Positions 47,558-59,613 of a stretch of DNA of 64,000 nucleotides are shown here, one piece after another; within the stretch, counting starts at the first letter, position 1; each line of letters starts with the position of its first letter. A program made the translations under genes and the position numbers. The notes under the pieces were generated by a model. That model saw only the letters and a program-made list of their open reading frames with translations, did not search any database and was not told where the DNA came from. Location of the stretch: NCBI GenBank assembly GCA_965205505.1, contig CBDBHB010000009.1, positions 2,592,001-2,656,000 on the forward strand, read 5' to 3'. The DNA comes from Acidobacteriota bacterium. GTDB lineage: Bacteria > Acidobacteriota > UBA890 > WLXD01.

Positions 47558-47944
47558 ATGGCGCATCGAAAGGCAGGCAAGAAGAAGGTCAAGAAGAACA
47601 TCGCCGCGGGCATAGCCCACATCCAGGCGACGTTCAACAACACGATCATCACGATCGCCGATACGGAAGGGAATACGATCTCGTGTTCCAGCTCCGGGTC
47701 GAAGGGGTTCAAGGGCTCGCGCAAGGGCACCCCGTTCGCCGCTCAGATCGCTGCTACCGACGCTGCCACGAAGGCCAAAGAGCACGGTGTTCAACGCGTC
47801 GAGATCCGTATCAAGGGGCCCGGAGCCGGGCGTGAATCAGCGATACGAGGTTTGCAGTCTGCCGGTATCAACGTCACGGCGATCCGCGATGTGACGCCGA
47901 TTCCACACAACGGATGCCGGCCACCGAAGAAACGCAGAGTCTGA
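47558..47944 (+). CDS. rpsK: 30S ribosomal protein S11
   Basis: [23 protein letters not shown]. Confidence 0.99.
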   Translation: MAHRKAGKKKVKKNIAAGIAHIQATFNNTIITIADTEGNTISCSSSGSKGFKGSRKGTPFAAQIAATDAATKAKEHGVQRVEIRIKGPGAGRESAIRGLQSAGINVTAIRDVTPIPHNGCRPPKKRRV

Positions 47945-47969
47945 GAGTGGTCTTCAGGAGGTAACAATA

Positions 47970-48599
47970 GTGGCGCGTTATACGGGCCCGGTTTGCAAGC
48001 TGTGCCGAAGGGAAGCGATGAAGCTCTTCCTCAAGGGCACGCGCTGCATGTCGGACAAGTGCGCGATCGAACGGCGCAATTACCCGCCCGGCCAGCATGG
48101 GCGACGGCGGCGTCGTCGTCCATCGGACTATTCGGCGCAGTTGCGCGAGAAGCAGAAGGTGAAGCGCATCTATGGCGTGCTGGAACGCCAATTCCGCCGC
48201 TACTTTCACGACGCGGCGCGCGAGCGTGGAATCACCGGAGAAACCTTGTTGACGTCGCTCGAACGGCGCCTCGACAACGTCGTCTACCGCATGGGATTCG
48301 GATTGTCGCGGTCACACGCCCGCCAGGTGGTCAGGCACGGGCATATCGCGGTCAACGGGTCACGCGTCGACATACCTTCGTACCGGGCACAGCAGGGCGA
48401 TACGGTCGCGGTACGCGACCGAAGCAACAGCAACACCGAGATCAAGATGGCCGTCGAGAACGCCAAGGTAGGGAGCCCGGTCGGGTGGGTCGAGATAGAC
48501 CACGACAAGCTCACCGGTACCGTGGCGCGATTGCCGATGCGTGAAGACGTCGACATGGAAATCCAAGAACAGCTGATCGTCGAGCTCTACTCGAAGTAG
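47970..48599 (+). CDS. rpsD: 30S ribosomal protein S4
   Basis: [25 protein letters not shown]. Confidence 0.99.
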   Translation: MARYTGPVCKLCRREAMKLFLKGTRCMSDKCAIERRNYPPGQHGRRRRRRPSDYSAQLREKQKVKRIYGVLERQFRRYFHDAARERGITGETLLTSLERRLDNVVYRMGFGLSRSHARQVVRHGHIAVNGSRVDIPSYRAQQGDTVAVRDRSNSNTEIKMAVENAKVGSPVGWVEIDHDKLTGTVARLPMREDVDMEIQEQLIVELYSK

Positions 48600-48647
48600 A
48601 GCATTCGACGCGCTGCAGAAACCGCTGTCTTTCAGGAGGTCCGGGAT

Positions 48648-49631
48648 ATGCTCTGGACTGGGTTCCAACGACCCAAGCGACTCGAGGTCGATCTCGATTC
48701 GCTAACGGATGGATACGGGCAGTTCATCGCCCAGCCGTTCGAACGCGGCTTTGCCATCACCGTCGGGCACGCGATGCGTCGAGTGCTGCTCTCCTCGGTC
48801 GAGGGTGCGGCAATCACGGCGCTCAAAGTGGAGGGTGTGCTGCACGAGTTCAGCTCGCTCCCCGGCGTGATCGAAGATACTACCGATTTGATCCTCAACC
48901 TCAAGAGCATTCCGTTCCGTCTGAACGTCGATAAGCCGAAGACCCTGGTCCTGCGCAAGGACGCCGAGGGCTCGGTGACGGCCTCGGATATCGAGCAAGA
49001 TCCCGATTTCACGTGCATTGACCCGGATGCGCACATCTGCACCCTGTCCAAGGGGGGCGCGATCGAATTGCAGATGCGTTTGGCGCGTGGTCGCGGCTAC
49101 GTTCCCGCCGATCGGAATCTGGAAGACGACATGGGTATCGGCTGGATCCCCATCGACTCGGTGCATTCGCCGGTCAAGCGCGTGAACTACAAGGTGGAGC
49201 GTGCACGGCTCGGCCGCTCAACCGATTACGAGCGTCTTGTGCTCGAGATGTGGACGAACGGCACGGTTACACCCGACCGTGCGATAGCGCTGGCCGCGAA
49301 GCTGATGCGCGATCATTTGGCGATCTTCGTCGACATCGAGGAAGAGCCGCAGCACGAGCAGCACGAGCCCGACGAGGATCTCACCGCGTTCTACTCGCAT
49401 CTGAATCGCTCTGTCGACGAGCTCGAGCTTTCGGTGCGCTCGTACAATTGCCTGAAGAATGCGAGCATTCGCACCATCCGCAATCTCGTTCAGCGTAGTG
49501 AACAAGAGATGCTGAAGACGAAGAACTTCGGCAAGAAGTCGCTGCAGGAGATCAAAGAGGTGCTGGCGGAGATGGGGCTAACGCTCGATATGGATCTATC
49601 GGACCTGCCGCCGCCGCCGGACGCCGTCTGA
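48648..49631 (+). CDS. rpoA: RNA polymerase alpha subunit
   Basis: [25 protein letters not shown]. Confidence 0.99.
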   Translation: MLWTGFQRPKRLEVDLDSLTDGYGQFIAQPFERGFAITVGHAMRRVLLSSVEGAAITALKVEGVLHEFSSLPGVIEDTTDLILNLKSIPFRLNVDKPKTLVLRKDAEGSVTASDIEQDPDFTCIDPDAHICTLSKGGAIELQMRLARGRGYVPADRNLEDDMGIGWIPIDSVHSPVKRVNYKVERARLGRSTDYERLVLEMWTNGTVTPDRAIALAAKLMRDHLAIFVDIEEEPQHEQHEPDEDLTAFYSHLNRSVDELELSVRSYNCLKNASIRTIRNLVQRSEQEMLKTKNFGKKSLQEIKEVLAEMGLTLDMDLSDLPPPPDAV

Positions 49632-49646
49632 GAGACGAGAGAACTG

Positions 49647-50246
49647 ATGCGTCACCGCCGAACTACCGCGACGCTGGGCCGAGCGCCCGCGCACCGCAAG
49701 GCCATGTTGCGAAACATGGTCACGGACCTGTTGCGGCACGAGAAGATCCGCACCACCGAGGCCAAGGCGAAGGTACTCAGGCCGCTCGCCGAGCGCATGA
49801 TCACGCTCGGCAAGCGCGAGTCGCTACATGCAAGGCGTTATGCGGCGCGGATCATCCGCGACAAAACGGTCCTCAGCAAGCTCTTTGATGATCTGGCCCC
49901 ACGCTACGCGGAGCGACTCGGAGGCTACACACGTATCATCAAGCTCTCCTCGCGCCCCGGCGATCGCGCCGACATGGCGGTGATCGAGCTAGTCGAAGCG
50001 GAGCTGCCGCAACGCAAGCGCAAGCCCAAGAAGAAGGCCGGGCCACGTACGGCGTCTCAGGACACCGTAGCCGCGGAGGCGATCCCCGACACCGACGACG
50101 CTGCGTCGAGCAGCGATCTCGCCGAGGCCGACGCAGACGCTAACGTTGCAGAGGGCGGCGTTGCAGACGACGTCGCTCCGCAAGAGCAGACCAGTGATCC
50201 GTCGGATGCAGGGGACTCGTCTGACGAAGACGAGAGCGAACGATAG
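49647..50246 (+). CDS. rplQ: 50S ribosomal protein L17 with acidic C-terminal tail
   Basis: [17 protein letters not shown]. Confidence 0.97.
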   Translation: MRHRRTTATLGRAPAHRKAMLRNMVTDLLRHEKIRTTEAKAKVLRPLAERMITLGKRESLHARRYAARIIRDKTVLSKLFDDLAPRYAERLGGYTRIIKLSSRPGDRADMAVIELVEAELPQRKRKPKKKAGPRTASQDTVAAEAIPDTDDAASSSDLAEADADANVAEGGVADDVAPQEQTSDPSDAGDSSDEDESER

Positions 50247-50270
50247 ACTCTTGGTTGCTTCAGCCAGTGA

Positions 50271-50343
50271 GGGCCGTTAGCTCAGTTGGGAGAGCGCCGG
50301 CCTCGCATGCCGGAGGTCGGGGGTTCGAGCCCCCCACGGTCCA
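50271..50343 (+). tRNA. tRNA-Ala(CGC)
   Basis: GGGCCGT/ACGGTCC acceptor with G3:U70, CCGGC-CTCGCAT-GCCGG arm. Confidence 0.95.
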
Positions 50344-50349
50344 CTCGAG

Positions 50350-50374
50350 AGCGCCCGTCGCCGACGGGCGCTTT
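50350..50374 (+). terminator. GC-rich hairpin after tRNA-Ala, probable terminator
   Basis: AGCGCCCGTC-GCC-GACGGGCGCT followed by a short T run. Confidence 0.55.
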
Positions 50375-50481
50375 CTAGTAGAGTTCTTCAGCAACCTGCT
50401 AGTGGCCTGGCCGTGGGGCCCGGCCAACAGGCCCTCACTCCGTTCGCGCCAGCAAGAGGCCCGCCGTAGGAGACCACGCCG

Positions 50482-50760
50482 CTAGTGTTCCTGATCATAA
50501 GTACGGTGACGTTTGTGGCGCGCGCGACCGGGGCGAATTGTAGGAGCGGCGACGAGGGCGATGCTGGGTGTATCGTCGAGGCGCCGCGACGCCCAAGGTG
50601 GCCGGTCCCGCGGCCACCCGGAGGGCAGGAGCGATATGCGGGCGAACTCGGCGTCAGGGCTCGTCGAGGATGGCTAAGGCATCGCCTTCCTCACCCTTCC
50701 TTGATCTCGCCCGCATCTCGCTCCTGCAAACGTCACCCACCGTACTTATGATCAGGAGCA

Positions 50761-50764
<4 letters not shown>
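50482..50764. mobile_element. CTAG-family palindromic element, copy C (different terminal repeat)
   Basis: 27-bp terminal inverted repeat CTAGTG(T/C)TCCTGATCATAAGTACGGTG; two inverted core modules as in copy A. Confidence 0.8.
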
Positions 50765-52677
<1,913 letters not shown>

Positions 52678-52726
52678 GCACGCTCACGAGGCCGCTACTG
52701 CTTCGTTGCTGAAAGGCGCCTCGGCG

Positions 52727-53467
52727 TCAGCGGAGACTCTGCGCCTGCGCTAGCAGGTCGGCTGCGTCGTCGTCGTCGGCATCCTGCAACGCCGCCACCA
52801 CGGCGTCGATCTGCGCAGCGGACGCATCGTTCTGGATGCGCCCGAGGGTAGCTACCGCGTAGGCTCGCATCTCGGGGGTGAGACCGGCGTTGGTGGCCAC
52901 GGCCGCGATAACCGCACAGGCTTCGTCGTTGGCGATGTCGCTCAGCGTATCCATGGATGTGCGTGCGACCAGCTCATCACTCGATGCGGCGCTAACCGCT
53001 ATCGCCCCAACCGCCAAGTCGGCCCCGGTCTCCAGCCGGCTCAACTGCGATAGTGCTGCTATCTGCGCGTCGCGCGTGCCCTCGCCAAGAGCCTGCGCGA
53101 ACACCCCGGACGCCGTTGCGTCGTCGAATTGCCGTATGGCCGCCACGGCTGCGTCACGCACACCGCGCGAGGCAGACATCGCTGCCGCCAAGGCCGGTAG
53201 CGCGGCGGTGTCGCCGATATTGCCGATTATCTGCGCTGCCCATTGCTTGACCTGGTTGCTGTCGTCGTTCTCCAGCGCATCGATCCAGATAGGCAGCGCC
53301 TCCGCCGACTCGAGGATCTCCAGGTTCTCGTTGTAGGTTTGCTGGGCCAGCGGGTCACCGAGGCGAACCTGCTCTATGAGCTGCTGTGACGCGTTCTCGA
53401 CCGGCGTACCGCACGCTGCCGTTACGAGCAGCGCGAGCACCAGGGGGGATCGTCGAATCATCGTCAT
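52727..53467 (-). CDS. HEAT-repeat putative lipoprotein
   Basis: AAGGAG RBS; lipobox-like VTAAC; repeated A...LG.I helical units. Confidence 0.7.
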   Translation of the reverse strand: MTMIRRSPLVLALLVTAACGTPVENASQQLIEQVRLGDPLAQQTYNENLEILESAEALPIWIDALENDDSNQVKQWAAQIIGNIGDTAALPALAAAMSASRGVRDAAVAAIRQFDDATASGVFAQALGEGTRDAQIAALSQLSRLETGADLAVGAIAVSAASSDELVARTSMDTLSDIANDEACAVIAAVATNAGLTPEMRAYAVATLGRIQNDASAAQIDAVVAALQDADDDDAADLLAQAQSLR

Positions 53468-53529
53468 GAGTCTCCTTTCGAGGCCGGTACCTGGCAGAAA
53501 CGGGTCTCGGGCGGTTTTCAAGGGCTGTT

Positions 53530-54015
53530 TCAATACCGCTCCTCGAGCCTTTGTATGGCGTAGCTCACGAGGTTGTCCACCGAGCGTCCGGACACGCGCC
53601 AACCCTCGGGGGTGTGCCGCAAATGCACCGTGTGCGCACGGGTTCGACTGTCAGAGTCGGTCATCGTTACCTCCACCGATGCACGCTCGCCGTCGATGGT
53701 CGCCGGCTTCGCGTCGTAGATGAGGTTCTCCTCGCGCGGAGTTTCCTGGAACAGGCCCCAGAGGATCGTCTCCACTGAGCTCCGCAGAAACGTGGTCGAG
53801 TTCCCGTCCCTGAGCACAAGAGTCACATCGTCCTCGATACGGCCGACGATCTCGTCCAGATCGAGCCTCGCGAGCGCGTCGTCCGAGTCCGCGTGCCGCG
53901 TGGCCCGCATGTACTCGATCGCGACAATCTCGGGGTCGGTTGACGTGCACGCAAACGTCAGTAGGCCAGCCGCTATGACTACCGCCCGATGGATGAATCG
54001 TCCGCGATTGGACAT
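53530..54015 (-). CDS. Putative lipoprotein (NTF2-like fold suspected)
   Basis: Lipobox-like LTFAC; DGERASVEV...LRHTPEGWRV pattern. Confidence 0.6.
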   Translation of the reverse strand: MSNRGRFIHRAVVIAAGLLTFACTSTDPEIVAIEYMRATRHADSDDALARLDLDEIVGRIEDDVTLVLRDGNSTTFLRSSVETILWGLFQETPREENLIYDAKPATIDGERASVEVTMTDSDSRTRAHTVHLRHTPEGWRVSGRSVDNLVSYAIQRLEERY

Positions 54016-54089
54016 CAAACGGGTCGTAGGAGAATGGAAGCCAAAGGGCCGACGCACAGAGCCGAAAGTATGGCCGGGTGTGTCTGTTG

Positions 54090-55658
54090 TCAAGGTACGG
54101 TCGGGCGCGAGAAGATCACCCGGCCGCCCACGAGAACAATCAGCGCCTGTGTACCCGGAAGCTTCGTGTCTTCGTCGAAGGGGTCTGCCGACCAAACCAC
54201 GAGGTCGGCCTTGGCATCGATCGTGAGGCCACGCGACCCGAGCAGTTGATCCGCCAACGCAACCCGGAGGGAGTCGCGAACCGACAGTCGCTGGGGAGCG
54301 TTCCAGCCGTCGAGCGGGTAGCCCTGTAGGTCCTGTCGCCGGTTCATGATCCAGAGCGCTCCCATCGGGTCGAGGGGGAATGCCGGGGCGCGCGTCGCAA
54401 AGGCTACGAGCTTTCCGGCGCGGGCGAGATCACGATAGGAGTGGGCTTCCGAGGCGCGTTGTGCCCCGATGCGATCCGCCAGCCAGTACAGGTCGTGGGC
54501 CATGCGATGCGGCACGATGGCGACGTGCCGGGCGTTGACATCGGCACCCGGCGGCAGGATGTCGGCGCCCACCACGAGGCCCTCGGCGGCGGCAGCGCAG
54601 TCGCCAACCGCGATGATGGCCGCATCGCCCCGCAGATGGGTGTCGAGAGGTAGTTGCAATGCGGCGGCACGATCGCACGCCGCCTCGAGTGCGGAAGCCG
54701 GAGCCGGAGGCGCTGCGGTTGACGCATCTGCGTAGGGCGCGGACACGGCCGCCAAGCGCAGCGCCAGCGGACCATCCACGTCGAGTCCAATCGAGGTGAT
54801 CTGAAGGTTGTTGTCGGCCTCCGGCCGGTCGGGAGGGCGAGCTGTGGGTTGCAGGCGGGCACGAACATGGATCTGCAGGTCACCGGTCTGCGCAAGCTGT
54901 ACCAGTAGCTCGACGGCCTGGTTATCGAGCGGTGCGGACGATACCGAAGTGAAGCCGGCGGCCGCCGAGGCCTGCAAGCCGCCGATGATCCAGCCGCGTC
55001 GCTGGTCGGACGTGACGGTGGGCAACATGGCCTCCGCACGTTGCAGCGCTGCACCGGCCAACAGGCCCGTAAGGTTGCCGTCGACGTCTCTCAGCACCTG
55101 GTCGGTGGTGCCGGTCGTCGCCAGGGCGGTTCCGTTGAGCCAAGCTACTCGACCGATGCGACGGTAGAGGAGTACCGGGCGCGTATCGGTGATGCCGTCG
55201 AGCAAGTGACGGTCCGGCACTTGCCCGCTAGGCCACATCGTCTCATCCCATCCCCACCCGACAATCCAACCGGATCCCTCGACGGAGGCGGCGCGCAATC
55301 GTGCTTGCACCTCGCGCGGGGTAGCCGTTCGGGTGAGATCGAGCATGTCGGCGCGTCGTCCGACGGCCTCGAGATCGACCCACGCGTCGTGGAATCCGGG
55401 AAGTACCGGCGCACCGCCAAGGTCCATCTCTTGGGTGAAGTCCGTCGCCAGAGCCCGAACCTGCTCGTCGGTACCCAGGGCGACGATGCGATCGTCGGCG
55501 ATCGCCAACGCGGATACCGGTTCCGTTGACTCCGCCGAGGCATAGATATGCCCGGCGGTCAGGATCAGGTCTGGGCCGGTCTTTTCGGGTGCGCTGCAAG
55601 CGCAAATGAACAAGGCGACGAGCCCGAGCGCGCCGTCCAGCAGGCGTATTCGTAGCAT
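54090..55658 (-). CDS. YtcJ-like amidohydrolase-3 family protein with degenerate metal site, putative lipoprotein
   Basis: ALAI.DDRIVALG, DLGG..VLPGF.D, WIVGWGWDE, ADLVV; lipobox-like ICAC. Confidence 0.8.
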   Translation of the reverse strand: MLRIRLLDGALGLVALFICACSAPEKTGPDLILTAGHIYASAESTEPVSALAIADDRIVALGTDEQVRALATDFTQEMDLGGAPVLPGFHDAWVDLEAVGRRADMLDLTRTATPREVQARLRAASVEGSGWIVGWGWDETMWPSGQVPDRHLLDGITDTRPVLLYRRIGRVAWLNGTALATTGTTDQVLRDVDGNLTGLLAGAALQRAEAMLPTVTSDQRRGWIIGGLQASAAAGFTSVSSAPLDNQAVELLVQLAQTGDLQIHVRARLQPTARPPDRPEADNNLQITSIGLDVDGPLALRLAAVSAPYADASTAAPPAPASALEAACDRAAALQLPLDTHLRGDAAIIAVGDCAAAAEGLVVGADILPPGADVNARHVAIVPHRMAHDLYWLADRIGAQRASEAHSYRDLARAGKLVAFATRAPAFPLDPMGALWIMNRRQDLQGYPLDGWNAPQRLSVRDSLRVALADQLLGSRGLTIDAKADLVVWSADPFDEDTKLPGTQALIVLVGGRVIFSRPTVP

Positions 55659-55803
55659 CTGCTCCCTCCGCAGGGCACCGTATTCTAGCCGGTGGCTCTC
55701 GTGGGCTGCGCGGGCGCCAGTCCACGGGGCCAGTCCGCGCGGCGTGTTGCGGGCTCCGCGCGGAGTTTGACAGCCGCTTGGCGACGCCTCTAGCCTGGCA
55801 CAC

Positions 55804-57960
55804 ATGGTCTCGAGTAGCTTGGGTTTGGCTCCCTGCAGGCGGGTGTGGCGACGCATCGTCGTTGTTGGGGTGAGCATCTGCATGCTGCCCAGCTCGGTCG
55901 CGAGCGCGCAACAGTCGGATGCGGAGCCGGTCGTTGAATGGCCTGATGCGGCGGTCAATACGTTGCGGACGTTCTTCGAGCGTGTCGATATCGAGGAGGT
56001 AATGGTCGGGCTCCAAGCGCCTCGCCGGGCGCCCGCGGGCGATGACATGGTGGCGCTGAGTGCCAGCCTCGCACGCGGTATCGAAGGGCCGTTTCGCTTC
56101 GTTCAACGCCAGGTGCGATACGAGCCCTACGCCGGTAGCGTTCGCGGCGCTCGCGGCGCCTTGCTGGCCTCCAGCGGTAACTCGCTCGATCAGACGCTGC
56201 TGCTTGCCGGCCTGTATCGTGCCCGTGGCATCGCAGTGAGGCTTATGCGCGGCCGCCTTGCGTGGCGCGACGCGGTGGCGCTTGTAGGCGAGCCTACGGC
56301 CACACACGCCGGCCGAGGCGACCCCTGGCTCCGGTGGGTCGAGATGGCTGCCGACCACTGGTGGTTGGAAGTACGTCGGGACGATCAATGGACTGCCATG
56401 GATGCGTCGTTCGCCGGCACCGCCATCGGCCAGGCGATCGGGCGGCGAGGCGAGCCCGTCGACGAGTCACTGGCAGTTCTGAGTGCGATCGCGTCGCTCC
56501 GCCTTCAGCTCGACGAAGCTACGCTCGCGGAGCTGGAGTTGCCGTTCGGCGAGTTGATCGGCTCGAGCGTGCGCGTAGATCGCGTCGTAGAAAATGGCGC
56601 CGGCTCGGAGGAGCTCGTCGTGGCCGAGGATACGGAGGCTTCGCCGGAAGACGCTTCGCCTGCTGAGCCGCTCGACGAAGAAGCCGAAGCAGAAGCGCGA
56701 CTTGCCGCGACCCTCGCCGACGTACTGGTTCCTGCCCCCGTCGGAGCCGTCGCCCTGACGCTCGCAGCCGCGGGCCGAACGGTCACTACCCCGTTGATCG
56801 AGCGTGCCGAACTTGCACGGGTCGAGCTCGAGATCGACGTTGACGTGCCAATGGGCTCGGACATTCATGCCCGCATCCCGTACGGCGCCGACCCGTCTGC
56901 CCGCCTGGCGGTGGTCTTCGCCTCTGGCGCGATGCCGCGCGCCTACCTCCGGGATCGAACGGTGCCTCTCTTCGACGCGTTGAGTGAGCTTTCGGCTGCC
57001 GAGCTCGCCGCTTTCGAAGCGTGGATGGCGCGACCGCGGAACCGTTCGAACTCACCGCTCGTGGGACCGGTGCTGGAGCGCGAGCCAGCCGGGCCGAAGG
57101 TCGAGGCCGGAGATCCGGAGCACCCGGCGACGGCGTTGCACATCGCCGCTCTACGGTCCTGGCAGGTGCTCGAAAAGGATGGCCTGGATGCCATCGCTGG
57201 TGCCCTGCTGGTGGCTGGTGAGAACCTGCGGCCAGCCTCCCGGGGGGTGTATCGGGGTTCCGCCCGCATGGCAGCCGTGCACTGGACGCCGCCCACTGCG
57301 GAGAGCGAGGGTCGGCTGACGGTTTGGACGAGCGATCCACTGCGCCTCGGCGGGCTGGAGCGCAATCAGCGATCGGCGACTGCCGGGGCGTACGGGCTGC
57401 TGCGCTCCGCACTCACTGGCCAGGTGCTGAACCGTGTTGCAGACCGCCCGCCGGTGACTGCCTTTGACGTGACGTTGCGCGCGGTCGGCACCGGCGGCCG
57501 GTTGCAGTGGTGGCTCGCCGACGATGATTCGCCAGACCAATGGCCGGCGGTGGCCCAAACGGCGGCGCTGGCTGACCTCGCAAACGGGCGGCTGCTCGTG
57601 GGTTTGGCGCGACCGGTCGAGCGTGGCGGCGAGACTCTGCACGGCTGGTGGGGAGTGCTCGACGAATCAGGCCAAACGCTAGGCCGAGTGCTGACCCCGT
57701 CGGGCGTCGCGCAGGCCTTCGTGCGCTTCGCCACACCACGCGACAACATGTCGTTGGACTCGGTGCTGGCGACGCTTCACGATCTTCATGTCGCGCTCCG
57801 GTGGCTCATCGGAGCGGCACGCGACGACGGCCAGGCGCTGGCGAGCCTTCTGCCTGGCGCCTGTGCTGCGACGCCGCTGATATCAGATCTACTGCGTGCC
57901 GGGGCGCCGCCCAGAACTGTGGCTCCCGCCTTCGAGGCCTTCTGCGCCCCGCAGCCCTGA
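55804..57960 (+). CDS. Secreted protein with N-terminal transglutaminase-like domain
   Basis: YEPYAGSVRGA.G.L....GNSLD..LLL...HWWLEV...W..MD. Confidence 0.65.
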   Translation: MVSSSLGLAPCRRVWRRIVVVGVSICMLPSSVASAQQSDAEPVVEWPDAAVNTLRTFFERVDIEEVMVGLQAPRRAPAGDDMVALSASLARGIEGPFRFVQRQVRYEPYAGSVRGARGALLASSGNSLDQTLLLAGLYRARGIAVRLMRGRLAWRDAVALVGEPTATHAGRGDPWLRWVEMAADHWWLEVRRDDQWTAMDASFAGTAIGQAIGRRGEPVDESLAVLSAIASLRLQLDEATLAELELPFGELIGSSVRVDRVVENGAGSEELVVAEDTEASPEDASPAEPLDEEAEAEARLAATLADVLVPAPVGAVALTLAAAGRTVTTPLIERAELARVELEIDVDVPMGSDIHARIPYGADPSARLAVVFASGAMPRAYLRDRTVPLFDALSELSAAELAAFEAWMARPRNRSNSPLVGPVLEREPAGPKVEAGDPEHPATALHIAALRSWQVLEKDGLDAIAGALLVAGENLRPASRGVYRGSARMAAVHWTPPTAESEGRLTVWTSDPLRLGGLERNQRSATAGAYGLLRSALTGQVLNRVADRPPVTAFDVTLRAVGTGGRLQWWLADDDSPDQWPAVAQTAALADLANGRLLVGLARPVERGGETLHGWWGVLDESGQTLGRVLTPSGVAQAFVRFATPRDNMSLDSVLATLHDLHVALRWLIGAARDDGQALASLLPGACAATPLISDLLRAGAPPRTVAPAFEAFCAPQP

Positions 57961-57975
57961 GTAGAGCCGGCGTTG

Positions 57976-59322
57976 TCAGTCTGGGCGTCCCAGCGTCTCG
58001 CAGATCTCGACGGTGCAGCCGATGCCGCGGCGTAGGGCCGCTACGGTTATGTGCTCGTTCGGAGCGTGGTGATTCATCCCCGGTTGTCCGTAGGGGACCA
58101 GCAGACTGGGCATCCCGAGCACACGTGTGAAGATGAAATCGGGCGTCGTGCCGCCCAGCCGGGGCCTCAGGAGCGGCGGCTGACCACAGGCGCGTGCCAC
58201 GGCGGAGATAATCGGCTCGGCGAACGGCGTATCCGGCGACGTGGCCGATGGCGGCACCGAGGCGAGCTTCGTCAGCTGGACGGACGGAAATTCTCGATGC
58301 AGGTGCGCTTCGAAAGATGCGAAGATCCGTTCCGGATCCTGGTCGGCGACCAACCGAAGATCGAGCTTGCAGGTGGCCCGCGAGGGCACGATCGTCTTGG
58401 AGCCGGGGCCACCGTAGCCACTAGTTAGCCCGGAGATGTTGAAGGTGGGCGAGAACATCAGGGCCTGTGCCGGGTCCTCCTCGGCCAACTGTGGCAGCCG
58501 ACGGACGTCGAGCTCGCGCCGCAAGGCTTCGCGATCGAAGGGAAGTCTGCGGAGTAGCTCCTGCTCGCGCGCCGATGGTGGGCGGACATCGTCGTAGAAA
58601 CCCGCGACACGCACCCGGCCGTCAGGGTCGCGCATCGAGCTCAGGGCGGCGACCAGATCCCAAGCGGGCGTCGGGGCAATGCCGCCCCGATTGCCCGAGT
58701 GCACGTCGCGATCGGCACCGCGCACCTCGAGCTCGAGATAGAGGAGGCCGCGCACGCCGAAGATGACCACCGGAGTCCCATCGTCGTGGAAAGGGGCATC
58801 GGATGTCAGGGCGAGATCGGCAGCTAGCTCGTGTCGATGCCGCTCTACTACCTGCGCAATATGGGGGCTGCCCGTTTCCTCCTCGCCCTCGATTAGAAAC
58901 TTGATCCCGATACCGAGTCGGTCGAGCCTCCGGAGTAGCGCCACACCCATGATGTGCGCCAGCAGTTGCCCTTTGTTGTCGGCCGCGCCGCGGCCGTATA
59001 CCGCACCGTCGCGCAAGACTCCCTCGAACGGATCGGTGCGCCACTCGTCGACGGGATCCGGCGGCTGCACGTCGTAGTGACCGTAGATAAGCACTGTCGG
59101 CTTGCCCGCCGGTGCCGGATGGTGTCCGAAGACCACCGGTGCGCCTGAGGACTCCCAAACGGTTGTTTGCAGCCCACACTCCTGCAACAGGGTGGCGAAT
59201 GCCGCCGCGCCCTCCGCTAGATATTCGCCGCGCGCCGACACGCTCCGCACGGCAATGAGCCGTTGTAGCTGCTCGATGGCGGCGGAGGTGGCCTGGTCGA
59301 GGTGTGCTTCCAGCGGGGCCAA
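57976..59322 (-). CDS. M20/M25/M40 family metallopeptidase
   Basis: YGHYDVQP, GRGAADNKG, EGEEE.GS, HSG, HAPNE. Confidence 0.93.
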   Translation of the reverse strand: MAPLEAHLDQATSAAIEQLQRLIAVRSVSARGEYLAEGAAAFATLLQECGLQTTVWESSGAPVVFGHHPAPAGKPTVLIYGHYDVQPPDPVDEWRTDPFEGVLRDGAVYGRGAADNKGQLLAHIMGVALLRRLDRLGIGIKFLIEGEEETGSPHIAQVVERHRHELAADLALTSDAPFHDDGTPVVIFGVRGLLYLELEVRGADRDVHSGNRGGIAPTPAWDLVAALSSMRDPDGRVRVAGFYDDVRPPSAREQELLRRLPFDREALRRELDVRRLPQLAEEDPAQALMFSPTFNISGLTSGYGGPGSKTIVPSRATCKLDLRLVADQDPERIFASFEAHLHREFPSVQLTKLASVPPSATSPDTPFAEPIISAVARACGQPPLLRPRLGGTTPDFIFTRVLGMPSLLVPYGQPGMNHHAPNEHITVAALRRGIGCTVEICETLGRPD

Positions 59323-59613
59323 GGTCGACTCTCCGATAGTTGTTGGCGGCCGTGGTGTCGAGGCGCCCGGCCGGAACCGCCATCCGCGGGATCGCCACGC
59401 GGCCCGCGGTTACGCTTGTCCAGCGCGGTCGGGGCGGCTTCGGCGAACACCGATCAGACGACGCCGAGGCGGCGGTGTCCTTTGCCGGCACGTTCTCCGG
59501 CCGTCTACAATCGTAACCGAGTATTCGCGGGGCCGGGAGGGCAGACAGCTGCCGTCGTTGTCCCGTAGCCGCGGCCACCAGGGTGTTTGCCTGGTCCGCT
59601 TGGAGCACATCGA

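Noticed and set aside
49990-50246. Acidic tail on L17 and N-terminal extension on NusG
   Set aside because: Such low-complexity extensions are common in many lineages.
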